Source of the DNA: Lama guanicoe
Lineage: Eukaryota
Length of the DNA: 64,000 nucleotides
Reading direction: 5' to 3'
Assembly (NCBI GenBank): GCA_013239625.1
Contig: MU053873.1
Span: 1,440,524-1,504,523 of the forward strand
In this document: positions 49,831 to 61,347 of the stretch, one piece after another
How the letters are laid out: each line of letters begins with the position of its first letter
Position numbering within the stretch: the first letter of the stretch is position 1
Notes under the pieces: model-generated
Seen by the model: only the letters and a program-made list of their open reading frames with translations
Databases searched by the model: none
What the model was told of the DNA's origin: nothing
Position numbers and translations under genes: made by a program

Positions 49831-52524
49831 CATATTTTGTTACTATTTTAATTGCTGTGCTATCAGGAAGATTAGTCTAAATGTTTTGCAGGAAATGTGA
49901 TTATGATTGAACTCAAGTCTAGAAAATATAGTGCTTTGTTTTCTCTAGGTTTGTCAAAAGTTTGGTATAAAGTTAGGCCAGAGAGCTTTAACTTCTTTCA
50001 CCATAATTAACAAAGTAAGTGATACATAAGTATAAGGATGTTTAAATTTGACATGTAAATACTTTTTAAATTAAATGTCATTAGGAATAAGAAGCCCAAA
50101 TGTGTAATTTAAGAGGTTTTCCTATAAGTAGGTATAGCTGCTATGGAAGTGTGGATAGGGACCCAAAATGATCAGGTCAGAACTGAATGCTGGTAGAGAA
50201 ATGAACACAACCTTGCTCATTTTCATATGGAAGCCTCCCCCTAGTATAGGACGAAGGGACATTCTTACCTTATGGCTTGAAATGCTTTATTTCCTGTTGC
50301 GATGCAAGACAAACAGCTGAAAGGATCAGGTTTTGAGTAGTTACTGATGTCTCCAAACCATTTTATTTCAAGTATACTGATATCTGTTTACTAAGTTATA
50401 TCTGTTTATGTTGAAATCTAGAAGCCTTCACTCTCAGGGGAGGATGAGTGATACAGCAGGAAGAGATCAACTTTCTAAGCCTCTCTTCTTGTTTTTATTA
50501 CAAGGTGTTTGTACAGTTGTTACTTTTGTCCGGTTTTAAAAAAAATTATTTCGATTGTTTCAAATAAGCAAAAGAAAATTTGAATAATTTTCAAATAGAC
50601 TAAATTGACCTCTTGTAATTTAAAATCGTTTTATTTTTGTTTGCATTGGCTCTACTTATTGCACTTAAATATTTCTTCTGGAAGGACCTCTTCTGATCTG
50701 TGGTCTTACTGGCAAATGAAATCAGTGTAAGCACTTGAATTTCAAATGCATGTTTTTTACATTTAAATTGCTGTTCTCTGCTGTAGGAAGAGCTTATGAA
50801 AACCGTCTATAGTTCATAAGGCTGGCCTCTTGCAGTGAAATTAGAGGCCATTAGAACTATTGGTCTTATTTCCAACTGAATTAGTTAACTGCCTGTTAAG
50901 GTTCAGAGCTTATTGACCAATAGACATTTATTACTCTAGCCATAATGACACAATGATTTCCATTAAATTCCAGAGTTTATGGAAATAAAAAAGAGATTTT
51001 GCAAAGAAATTGGTTAGTGGCAACATTTAATTATTAGGATTAATTAGGCATTTAAATGTGGATATAAAGCATGTTTTAAAAACAAGTATTTCCGTTTCAT
51101 TCCTCTGAGCCAATTGTGCTGAAGGAAATGAAGATTTTGTTGTTCTTTCTTGAAAGTACTTTCTGGTTCTTTTGTTTCACAAAGTGTATACACTTGCTGA
51201 GCCATGTCTTCAGAGAGAACTTATCAATAGTATAAGATATTTGATAGTTTAACATTTGCCATGAATAATATTCAGGATAATTTTGAAAATAATCAACATG
51301 GTTGGTGTAGGATATTAAATATACTCATCTGGGAGCTTAAGAAAATGATTTGTCTTTTCTTCAAGGACTTTAATGTGAGAAATTCAGAGCCTGTATTACT
51401 ATCACTTCTATGTTTTTAAAATTACAGTCACAATTTTATAATTAATAATGGTTCTTTATATAATCTGTGAATTAAATTAGGGACTTTGTGCATTGTTTTT
51501 GAACTTGTAGTGGTTAAAAATGTATCTTAGGAGCTAGTTAAAAGAACTTATTGAAAAATTAATGTATCCTGAAAGAAGGTGCAGGGAATGACAGATTATG
51601 AAGTGGAACCTAGTTTTTAAGCTTTTGGGATTCTATCTATTACATTAAAAATTGATGTGGGATCTGAATATTCATTTCTAAGACCATATGAAATGATAAG
51701 CTGCAGAGTCAAGCTGCTTCTCCGTAGACGACTCATTTGCAAGTGTCAGCCAGCATTCCTTTCAAACAACTTGAAGCGGGTTTCTTAATTTGCTTAAGAA
51801 GTATAGTTTCAGAAACTTGATGCAACCAAGTTCATTTGCATTTCCTCTGGACAAGATAAATCCACTTCATTGATACTAGTTTGGATGATGTCTCCCCAAG
51901 GGGCACTGCATCTTTTTCAAACTCAGAGATTCAAGAGCATTGTGGGTAAAGATTCCTAGGTTAAATTCCCTGTCTAGGGAGCATGCTGAGCCCATAAAAG
52001 ATGTAAATATGGATTTAGTCTTCTGGATTTCAGTGTCTAAGGAAAGGAAGGAGGAGAGAACGGAGATTTTGAAAGACATTAGGCTCAAGGAATGAATTTG
52101 GAAGCAGTCGGGATTGCAAACTTAGGAAAAGCAGAATGAGAGATGTGCTAGCAGGATGGAATTCTTTACTAATAAATATTTACTGATGGGTAGATTATGT
52201 GTCTATGGTAGGCTGTATGTATGTATGTGTACACACACACACACACATGAATAAAAATGACCCCTGCCTTTGAAGAATTCATTTTCTGTTAATTTGTTAT
52301 TTGTTTTTTTGTTCGCTTGTTCATTCATTCAGTAATCATTGGGGACCTACTCTGTGTCAACATCACACTACCACACTGGAGATACAAAGATGAAAAGTCA
52401 TTGTTTCTGCAATTCAGGAGCTTTTAGGTTGTGAATGTATTTTTATATTTCTGACATTCCCATTTGGACTATGGAAAAAATGTTCCTTTATAAATGCTGT
52501 TTTAAAGGGAAGCTGCATGTTACA

Positions 52525-52720
52525 GGAATGGAGTCCTGGCTTCAGAACCAGACAGTCCTGGGTTTGAATCTGTTCTGTCATTACCTTGAGCTAGTTACTT
52601 AACCTTTATCAGCCTCAGGGTCGTATCTTTAAAGAAAGACATAATAATCTACCTTGCAGGATTAAGACTAAGTAACATTACTTGCATGAAAGTGCTTGCC
52701 ACATACTAACAAATACCAGT
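52525..52720 (+). mobile_element. MIR SINE
   Basis: 'ccagacagtcctgggtttgaatc...ccttgagctagttacttaacc...ctaccttgcaggatt'. Confidence 0.75.
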
Positions 52721-54619
52721 TCCATTTCTTCTCCTTTCTGTATTACTGCTAATCCTATAATCCAGTGGCATTTTGTATGGAGTAGGTCATTCTGTACTGG
52801 CTATATAATGTAGCTGCCTTTTACAGTGTAATTTTTTTAATGGAAAAATGCTTAAAACATTCTGAACAACTGGCTTGAAAATGAACTTTTAAAAAACAAC
52901 TTCTTTGTAAGTTGGGGGAAGGTCCATATTCAATTTTTATGTGCGCTTGTTCATATGTTGCTTAGAAACAATTTTGAAATTGTTTAATGTGCAGCTTTTA
53001 TTTATCTCTCCAAGTTGATTATATGCTTTCTGAAAGCTGAGATGAGTTATCTCTTCTTATATACCTCTGTAGCACTGAACACATTTATACATAGTAGATA
53101 GAGAACATATTCTTAATGAAAGGTGAGAGTTACAGGAAAATGCCAAAGATGATTTTAATTTAAAATATGAAATCATTTTGATTTTGCAGTTTAAAACTTG
53201 TCAACAAATAATACTAGAAAGTAATGTTTCAATTTAGAAGTATTTTTAGAAAAAGAGCTTAAATGATGGAACAATGGTAGCAATTTGTGATCTTTGGAAG
53301 AGGTGTGGAATCACATGCACCATTGCTGCACCAAAGGTACCTGTCAGATAGCACACCGGAAGTATTTGCCAGAGACTAGGTCAAAGGAGAACACTGATCT
53401 GAAACTGTTTAGCCAGTCAAGGGACCAGTTGTGTGTGTGTTATTCTTTATGCACGATTACCAAGACCTACGTTTATTAATTGAATTATGCACGTGTATTT
53501 GGTGGTTGTGCTTGTTTTCAAATGATTTTATAAAATGAAATTCCAGTGAATAGGTAATTTTTTAAGCACGTTGATATCATACCTCAGTAAAATTTCTGAA
53601 TGTTTCTCAATCAAAATAATGTATTACATTTCTAGTTATGTCGGAATTTCTATTCTGTTCTGGTGGCTATTTTGAAAGAGAATTCATTTGCCCCATTTCT
53701 GCTGTTTCTTTTTTGGAATTGCTGCCATAATTTCATAGGACTGCATCACCAGTAGGACTATTACACTGATGAATGAAAGCTTCCTGTGCTAGTTGGCAGG
53801 CACTAAGTAGGCTCTAAGCAAACTGAAATTCATTGAATCTTAGCAGGACTATTAAGAAAATAAGTGCAAATTGTCAGGAGAAGAGAGGCTTGTTCCTTAA
53901 CATCATCACTTGACTCTTGGGTAGGAAATGTTAGACAAGAAAGAGACTGTTTCAATTTGTCATCCTCCTGAGACCTCAAGATGTTATCTGCAGTGCTGAA
54001 ATAAACCATTCCTTTCTATAAGCAGAGAAAATGAGAAAATGGTTTATGCCCAGATTGGTCCATTTAGTTAGGAGGACAGTCACATAAATAACTACCTAGG
54101 AAAACAAAAACAGAGAAAGAAAATGGGAAACCTAAATCCCTGGTATAGATCCTTTCAGAATTAAAATATCTGTAAATACTGTGTGCAAAACAGAACTGCC
54201 TGTTTAGGATAATTATAATGTGCTAAGGGGAAGACACTGTGAACTTTAACCGCTCTCTACCTTAGTTTTCCCATCTATAAAAATAAAAGCCATTTTCTTC
54301 TCATGTTTCATAGGGGAAAGCTACATTAACTCATGATTGAGAGAAAGGCCTGGCATCAAGGGGTTACAGAGATGTAATGAGGATAATAATGTAATTATTG
54401 AATGTGTCAGCTGTAGCATGTGACTATTTAGAGGTGCATAAGGTCCCAGGATGTACACAGACAGAGAAACAGCATATATCAACTGCACTTGTTGACATCA
54501 AGTCCTATTTATTACATTTCTGTGACTTAGTTATTTTTCTTTAAGATATATAAACATATCTACCTTGGTAAGACAGGAGAATCTTTGGGAGTGAGTCATA
54601 GGACAGCAGGAAGAAAGTG

Positions 54620-55190
54620 GGAGGCAGCATGATGTAAGTGAAGGAGCGTGGATTTTGGCATCAATCCATCCTGCTTGAAATTTTGCCCACTGGCTGTGAA
54701 CCAGTGTCTTTACTTCTCTAAACTCTTGAAATTCCTCATTTAAAAAACAGAGATGACAATGCCTGCTTTCCAAAGTCGTTATGGGAACTAAAGGACTTTT
54801 CTCAGGCATTCCTTCCCACTGCAGTGGCCTTCTTTGAATTCCATGAGCATACCACACTCTTTCTAGTCTCAGGCCTTTGCACCCCTGGCTGCAGTGCTCT
54901 TTCTTCAGCTGGCTTCTTACCATCCTTAACTCTAAGCTTAAATGGTACCTTTTCTGGGCATGTTTTTAAATAAGGTATTTCTCCCCCACCAGTTATTCTT
55001 TCTTACTATACATGTTTTGTTTCTTTTTTGTACCGTTCACAATTTTTAACTATGTATTTGTTTACTCTTGCAGTAGATACGAGTTTAGAAGCGTAGGGAC
55101 AGTGTCTGTCTTCTCTCCCTTGAGTTTCATTGGCACAGTGCTTAGCACAGAGCTAATCATGCAAATATTTGTTTAAAGCATGAGTGAATG
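54620..55190 (+). mobile_element. MIR (~54620-54800) followed by an L2 3' fragment (~54810-55190)
   Basis: MIR 'gaggcagcatgatgtaagtgaaggagcgtggattttgg' and L2 'ctcaggcctttgcacc...ggcacagtgcttagcacagag...aaatatttgttt'. Confidence 0.65.
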
Positions 55191-55411
55191 TAGCGTGTTG
55201 GTAAGTTAGGAAGTACTTAATGAAGAATAGCTATTATGGGTATTGTTAGGAATTGTACCTCTACTTATAGATGTAGGTATCCATTCTTTCTCTGTTTCCT
55301 GTCTTGGAGCTCCAGGAGAGGGTAATAAACAGAGAACTTGCACATTTGCCACTACATTGGGTGTTATAGCCAAGGGTAAAATGGTTTCCTTTTCCTCTGA
55401 TCAAAATGTGA

Positions 55412-55987
55412 CAGTCAGTTCTAGTTATTCACGATGGTTATGTTCTATGAAGTTGAGCAAATACTGAACCATTGCTCCTAGGGGAAATACAGGGTTAGGT
55501 TCCTACAAGTCTCTGGTCACAACATTTTGTCAGCTGATCCACACATATCCATGTTTTATATGTACTTCTGTTTAAATATACCTGAGTTAATATCTATATT
55601 ATTGACTTATTAACATTGGACTCATGGCCAACAGCACTATAGATCATTCTTGAACAAAGCTTAATCTAACACATGCATTTTTTTCTGTAAGGAACGTAAT
55701 AGACTTGTACTTAGAAACACTCCAGCTGTACACTTGGGAGCTACTGAAATCAGCGAACTCACTAATGAAAAGGATACTTTTTACTTAGGAGAGCTGAAAT
55801 AAGACAAAGTATCAGCTTGTTTTACCTCATCAGGGAACATATGGTTGAGTGACTCAGATTTTCCGTGTTCTGCAAATGTCCTTGAATAACATGAAAGCTT
55901 CTTGAGTATTGATTGTAGGGTTACAAATACATTTTAGTCAGTAGTTGAATTCACAATTATAGATTCTGTGAATAATGACATCAGCTG
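55412..55987 (+). mobile_element. Tigger-family DNA element, MER82-like
   Basis: Termini CAGTC...CAGCTG|TA. Internal 'aatactgaaccattgctcctaggggaaatacagggttaggttcct' matches the recalled MER82 consensus. Confidence 0.85.
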
Positions 55988-56424
55988 TACATACTGCTGT
56001 CCATTTTTTATATTCTCATAACTTCATATTTTTGGCTTTCCTTTAAATAACATTTATAGACATAAAATATTCATGTAAATAAATCTTTACTTCCCCAGTA
56101 GTTTTGTTGTTTGTTTTCATACAAAGAACATTTCATTTTTATGTATCCTTTTTGTTTCATAGTAAGGTTTGCAGTGCTTGTTGTCTGTGTGTGTCTGTGT
56201 ATGTTTGTGCATGCTTGTCATTGAGATACCCAAAGCAGCATTTTACTTTTAGAAACACCTTTAACATTTTGAAATCATTCACAGGGCTCACAACCCTTAA
56301 TTGATCTTAATAGATTTAATCCCTTGACTTTGTTTGGATTGTACTTTGACCCTGTTTGGAGTAGTTAACTGGCAAATGGGCTAAATGCTACCAATGGAAA
56401 CTAGACTTGAAAAATAAAAGAGTT

Positions 56425-59165
56425 ATCTATTCACTCACTGAAGGACATTTGTATTGTTCCCTTTTGGGGGAAATTATGGATAGAGCTATGGTGAATATTC
56501 TTGTACAGGTTCATGTAAACATACGTTATTTCTCTGGGATAAATACCTAGAAGTTGGATTGATGGATCATATAGTAAATCTATATTTCACTTTATAAGCA
56601 ACTGAAAAACTATTTTCCAGAAATTTGCATTCTACCAGCAGTGTTTGAGAGTTCTAGTTGCTCTGTGTCTTCATCAGCACTTGATATTGGCATTGCTTTT
56701 TGTTTATTTGTTTGCTTTAAAATAGGTGAATAGTGGTTTACTTTGCATTTCCTTGACTAATGTTGGCTAATGGCTAATAATGTTGAACATCTTTTTTTTT
56801 TTGTGCTTACTTGTTCAAATCTGCCCATTTCTTATTGGGTTCTTTATATTTTAACTCTTAAGTTTTCATAGTTCTTTATATTTCAGCATAATTCCTGAAG
56901 GATATTTTCCTGAAGGATTATAGAATTCCAGGTGTACAGTTCTTTTCTAACAGCCCTTTAAAAGTCTGTCCACTGCTTTCTGGCCTCCACGGTTTGTGAT
57001 GAGAAATCTGCAGTAATGTGAAATGTTATTTACCTGCAGGCAATGTGGCATTTTTCTCTGGCTGCTTTCAAGATGTTTTTATTTGTTTTCAGTTTTCAGT
57101 AGTTTGATTATGATGCTTCTAGACATGGATTTCTTTGGTTAATACTGTTTAGGATTTGCTGATCTTGAATCTGTAGGTTTATGTCTTTCACAAAATGTGG
57201 GAAATTTTTAGTAATTTGTTCAAGTTTTTTCCCTGCTCCATACCCCTTATTGTCTCCTACTGGGATGACAATGACATGAACATTAGAGCTTTTGTCATTG
57301 CCCAACATATCACTAAGGCTCTGAACATTTTTGTTTTTTAATTATTTTTCTCTGTTGTTCAGATGGGTACTTTCTTTTGTTCTGTCTTTAAATTCACTGA
57401 TTCTTTTCTTTGTCATCTATGTTCTGCTATTGAGCCCATTTCTAAATATTTCACTTTACTTATTTTTATGCTTAAAAATTTTTATTTGGTTTTTCTTTAT
57501 ATCTTTTATTTCTTTGCTAGGAGTGTGTATGTTTCCATTTTTCACAAGACTATTTGCCCTTACTTTTTGCAGCATGGATATAATAGCTACTTTTAAATAG
57601 TTGTCTGATAATTTTAACTTCTTTTTTTTTTAACATTTTTTATTGATTTATAATCATTTTACAATGTTGTGTCCAATTCCAGTGTTCAGCACAATTTTTC
57701 AGTCATTCATGGACATATACACACTCATTGTCACATTTTTTTCTCTGTGATTTATCATAACGTTTTGTGTATATTTCCCTGTGCTATACAGTGTAATCTT
57801 GTTTATCTATTCTACAATTTTGAAATCCCAGTCTATCCCTTCCCACCCTCTACCCCCCTGGTAACCACAAGTCTGTATTCTCTGTCCATGAGTCTTTAGA
57901 TTCCACATATGAGCGATCTCATATGGTATTTTTCTTTTTCTTTCTGGCTTACTTCACTTAGAATGACATTCTCTAGGAGCATCCATGTTGCTGCAAATGG
58001 CGTTATGTTGTCGGTTTTTATGGCTGAGTAGTATTCCTGATAATTTTAACTTCTGTGTCATTTCAGAGTTGGCATCTGTTGATTGCCTTATTTCCTTGTG
58101 AGTAGAGTTTTGTTTGTTTGTTTGTTTGTTTGCGTTCTTCATCAGCCAAGTAATTTTGTTTATATCCTGAATGTTTTGGAATTAACTTCATTGCATCTTG
58201 TTCATACTTTAAGAAGGATGTAGTTTGTTTTAGTATACAGTTTACCTGGTTAGGTTTAGGCTATAAGTCTCAACCCATATTTTGTGGACTTTGGTTCCAA
58301 AGTCAGTTAAGTTTTCACAGTTTTTGTAGCTTTACTGGGACCTTTCTTTTGTATGCACTACCCACTGGTCAGTTTGAGAACTAGGTGGTAGTCTATTCTC
58401 CAGTTTAGTTCTCAAAACCTTGGTATGCTATTTAGGGTCAGATCCATATACTTCTTTATGGAATCTCTTATAAGCTTCCTCCTATATCTGATTTCCCCAA
58501 CACTTTCCAGCTCTCTGCCTACCCTCCTCCTTACCCATGCTCTAGCCAAAACTAGGGCTTCAGTTTCCCTGCTCTGGCATGCAAGTCCTGTAATTATGTC
58601 TTTATGAGGCATCAAGCAATGAGAGGGCAGAGAGAGAGAGGAAAGCATTGGGACTCATCCTGAGCCCCTGGGACCACAGCTCCTGTGATTAGGGTCGTCT
58701 TCCTCAGAATTTTATATGCCTGCCCAGCAACCACTGCTGTTGCTGTCCCTTCCACTGTCAGTTTCCCTGGGATGTGGCCTGGGAAAGAATGGAAAAGTGA
58801 TTTTTTAAATGGGATTTTCTCCACTCTTTCTGATCCTTAGGAGTTCTCTGTCTTGCATCTCTGACCAGAAGAAGAGGACTTTTCTTGGAGTGCATTCTGT
58901 TTTTACCAATGAGTACTTCCTCATTTTGAGTTGCCTTTGAATCCAAAATAGGTGATACCAGATGGGAAGGATAAACATAACAAAACAGGAAACCCATTGC
59001 TGATTTGGCACTACTTTGAAGTCTATTCTCCTTCCTCAATTCACCTGCTCCCATTTACTTACTGTTCAGAGTCCTCAGAGAGCTATTCCATGAAGTCTTT
59101 CCAGGATGTGGTTGTATTCAGTGGGAAAGATTGGATGCTTACTCCATCTTGCCTAGGAATGGAAC
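56425..59165 (-). mobile_element. Ancient L1M composite (ORF2-tail piece, ORF1-like piece, 5' end)
   Basis: ORF2 tail 'tctgggataaatacctagaagt', ORF1-like 'ccactgctttctggcctcc...tgatgagaaatctgc', and 5' end 'ttactccatcttgcctaggaa'. Confidence 0.65.
57623..58036 (-). mobile_element. 5'-truncated young L1, same family as 5646-8055, nested in the old L1
   Basis: Perfect 18-bp TSD CTGATAATTTTAACTTCT at 57605-57622 and 58037-58054, a T-tail, and high similarity to 5646-6092. Confidence 0.95.
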
Positions 59166-59699
59166 CCCTTCTCTCTTGAAAAGATATAAATTATATTGTT
59201 ATGTTTTTGTGCTGGTTAAGCATTGAGACGTTTTCCTTTTTCTTGTTTTCACTTTGATATGTGGAACCTTAACACATATGTGCCAATGAAGAAAGATTAC
59301 CTAACATAGGAATGGGAAAGAAGTAGACTGTGAAGTTTATTGTTTAGAAAAACGTGTGTGAAATATTTGTGGAAGTGTTTTTTTGGCATATTTTCTTGCC
59401 TTTCAGCCCTGTTCTTTCCACTTACTCATGTCACCATGTTCATTTCCCTTCCCCTGATACATCCTCTTTTCTGGAGACTCTTTCTGTGAGCTAGCAGTTG
59501 ACAAAGGTAGAAGCTGTCAGTGGTGTAGGCAGCACTTCTCAGACTTTGCTTTCCCAATTACCTAAAGAATCAGAAGAGGGATTATTCCAAGGACTGGGGC
59601 TATAGGTAGAGTGGAGATGAATGTTTGTTTATGTTTTTTTAATTGTGTGGACCCTTTTTTTCTTCCATAATTTTCATGTAAAAATAATTTTCCATTAAT

Positions 59700-59835
59700 T
59701 GTAAAGAAGTATCATTGTGGTGTAGAAAGTTGTGCATGTGTGAGAACACTGGTTACATGGGATTTCTCTACTTTTCACTCACTTTTGCTGTGAATCTAGA
59801 ACTGCTCTAAAAATAAAGTTTATTAATTAAAAAAT
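59700..59835 (+). mobile_element. L1MC-like 3' terminal fragment
   Basis: 'atgggatttctctacttttcactcacttttgctgtgaatctagaactgctctaaaaataaagttt'. Confidence 0.65.
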
Positions 59836-60457
59836 TCCCTCCCAGAAACTTCAAATAAATTTGAAATTTAGGAAATATGTTATGTTATTGTATGGCTTTG
59901 ACCTTCTCCACGGTATAATGGTTTGGACTCCCATCTGAATTATAATTTGATGAGAAAAGCAAGAGTTATCAACTGTCAGCTATCAGATCAGAAAGATCAG
60001 GGAGTGAGCCACTAATGGTGGAATTTCATCTGCTCAAGAAAGCCTTAGGTAGATCTCCTGTATCCCAGTAATGAGCACTGATGGCAATAATTTCAGAGAG
60101 ACTGCTTTCTGGAGAGAGTGGATTCCTGTTAATCTGACATGGTTTAGGTACAGCTACATTATGGTAGGTGAGATACCAAGTGTTTTTAATGGTGGTAGAC
60201 AATAATACATATCATTCACTCATGTTCACATGCCTCACTTTTAGAGGAACATGAATCAGCATTCGAGTTACCAGGATCCTTTAATGAAGGTCAAAACCAG
60301 GAAGAGAGGACAGACTTTGGATTCAGGTACTGAGACACTCTCCCCCCCCCCACCAGGTAAAAGCCAAACCAGTTCCAAAAGGCTCATTTTGATACAACAG
60401 CAGAGGCATTAGGGGCCATTTTTCTTGAGATCTCAAGAAGTACTGAGGTTAAACAGT

Positions 60458-61347
60458 GTTACAAAGAAATACCATTTTCTTTCATTTATGGAAGCAAAAC
60501 TGAAGATCTCCCAGTTTTACAAAATACACCCTAGGGGGACTACAAGATAGAGCAGTGCCCTGATTACCCATACTTAATTATTCATGGCCAGTGTTGTCAA
60601 ATATCATGCACATAAACCAATGCAATGCAAAATGTTCTCTCACGGTTGCAGTTTCCTAGCTCCAGAAAGGGAGATTCCCAACCAATGCCCCATCCATCAG
60701 CCAGAGGTGAAGGCAAATGAACAAGCGTGAGTCTGAAGGGGAGAACCCAACTAATGCTCTGTCAGAAACAGAGCCAAAGGACCAAGCCAAGTCCAAAAGG
60801 GAAAATTCCAACTAATGCTCAGCCATCGGCGAAGTCAGCCTAGTAGGGAATGGTACCCTGGTGTCATCACATGTGAACTCCCATGACTTACATAGATGTC
60901 TCAACCAGCCAATGCCAGTGCCATATTTCCTCTACTATAAAAATCTAAAGCGCCGTGGGCGAGTGATGCCTGGTTGGCAGCAAGCGCTTGGGGCTGTCCC
61001 TGAGGCAAAGGTGCTCAGGCAGCTACTGGACAGGATCCAGGAGCTGCCACTAGCCAGGGGCCGATGTGTCACCATTGAGTCTATGGTGCCAAAATTGTTA
61101 CCTCATCATCAACCAGAGAATTGTACATGAACTGATCACATAGTCTGTGGCTCCCCTCCCTCACCTGGCCTATAAAAATGCCTCCTTGAAACCTGCTGGG
61201 GGGTTTGGGCTTTTTGAGCATTAGCTGCCCCAGACCCCTTGTCTGGTGCCTTGCAGTAAACGCTGCACTTTCCTTTACCAAAAACTAGGGTCAGTAGATT
61301 GGCTTTACTGTGCTTGGGTGGGTGGACCCAAGTTTGGTTCGGTAAAA
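60458..61347 (+). mobile_element. Endogenous retrovirus solo LTR, family unassigned
   Basis: TATAAAA at 61171-61177, AGTAAA poly(A)-like signal at 61255-61260, a U5-like end 'ggacccaagtttggttcggtaaaa', and a candidate TGTTAC start. The 5' boundary is uncertain and no TSD was confirmed. Confidence 0.7.
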
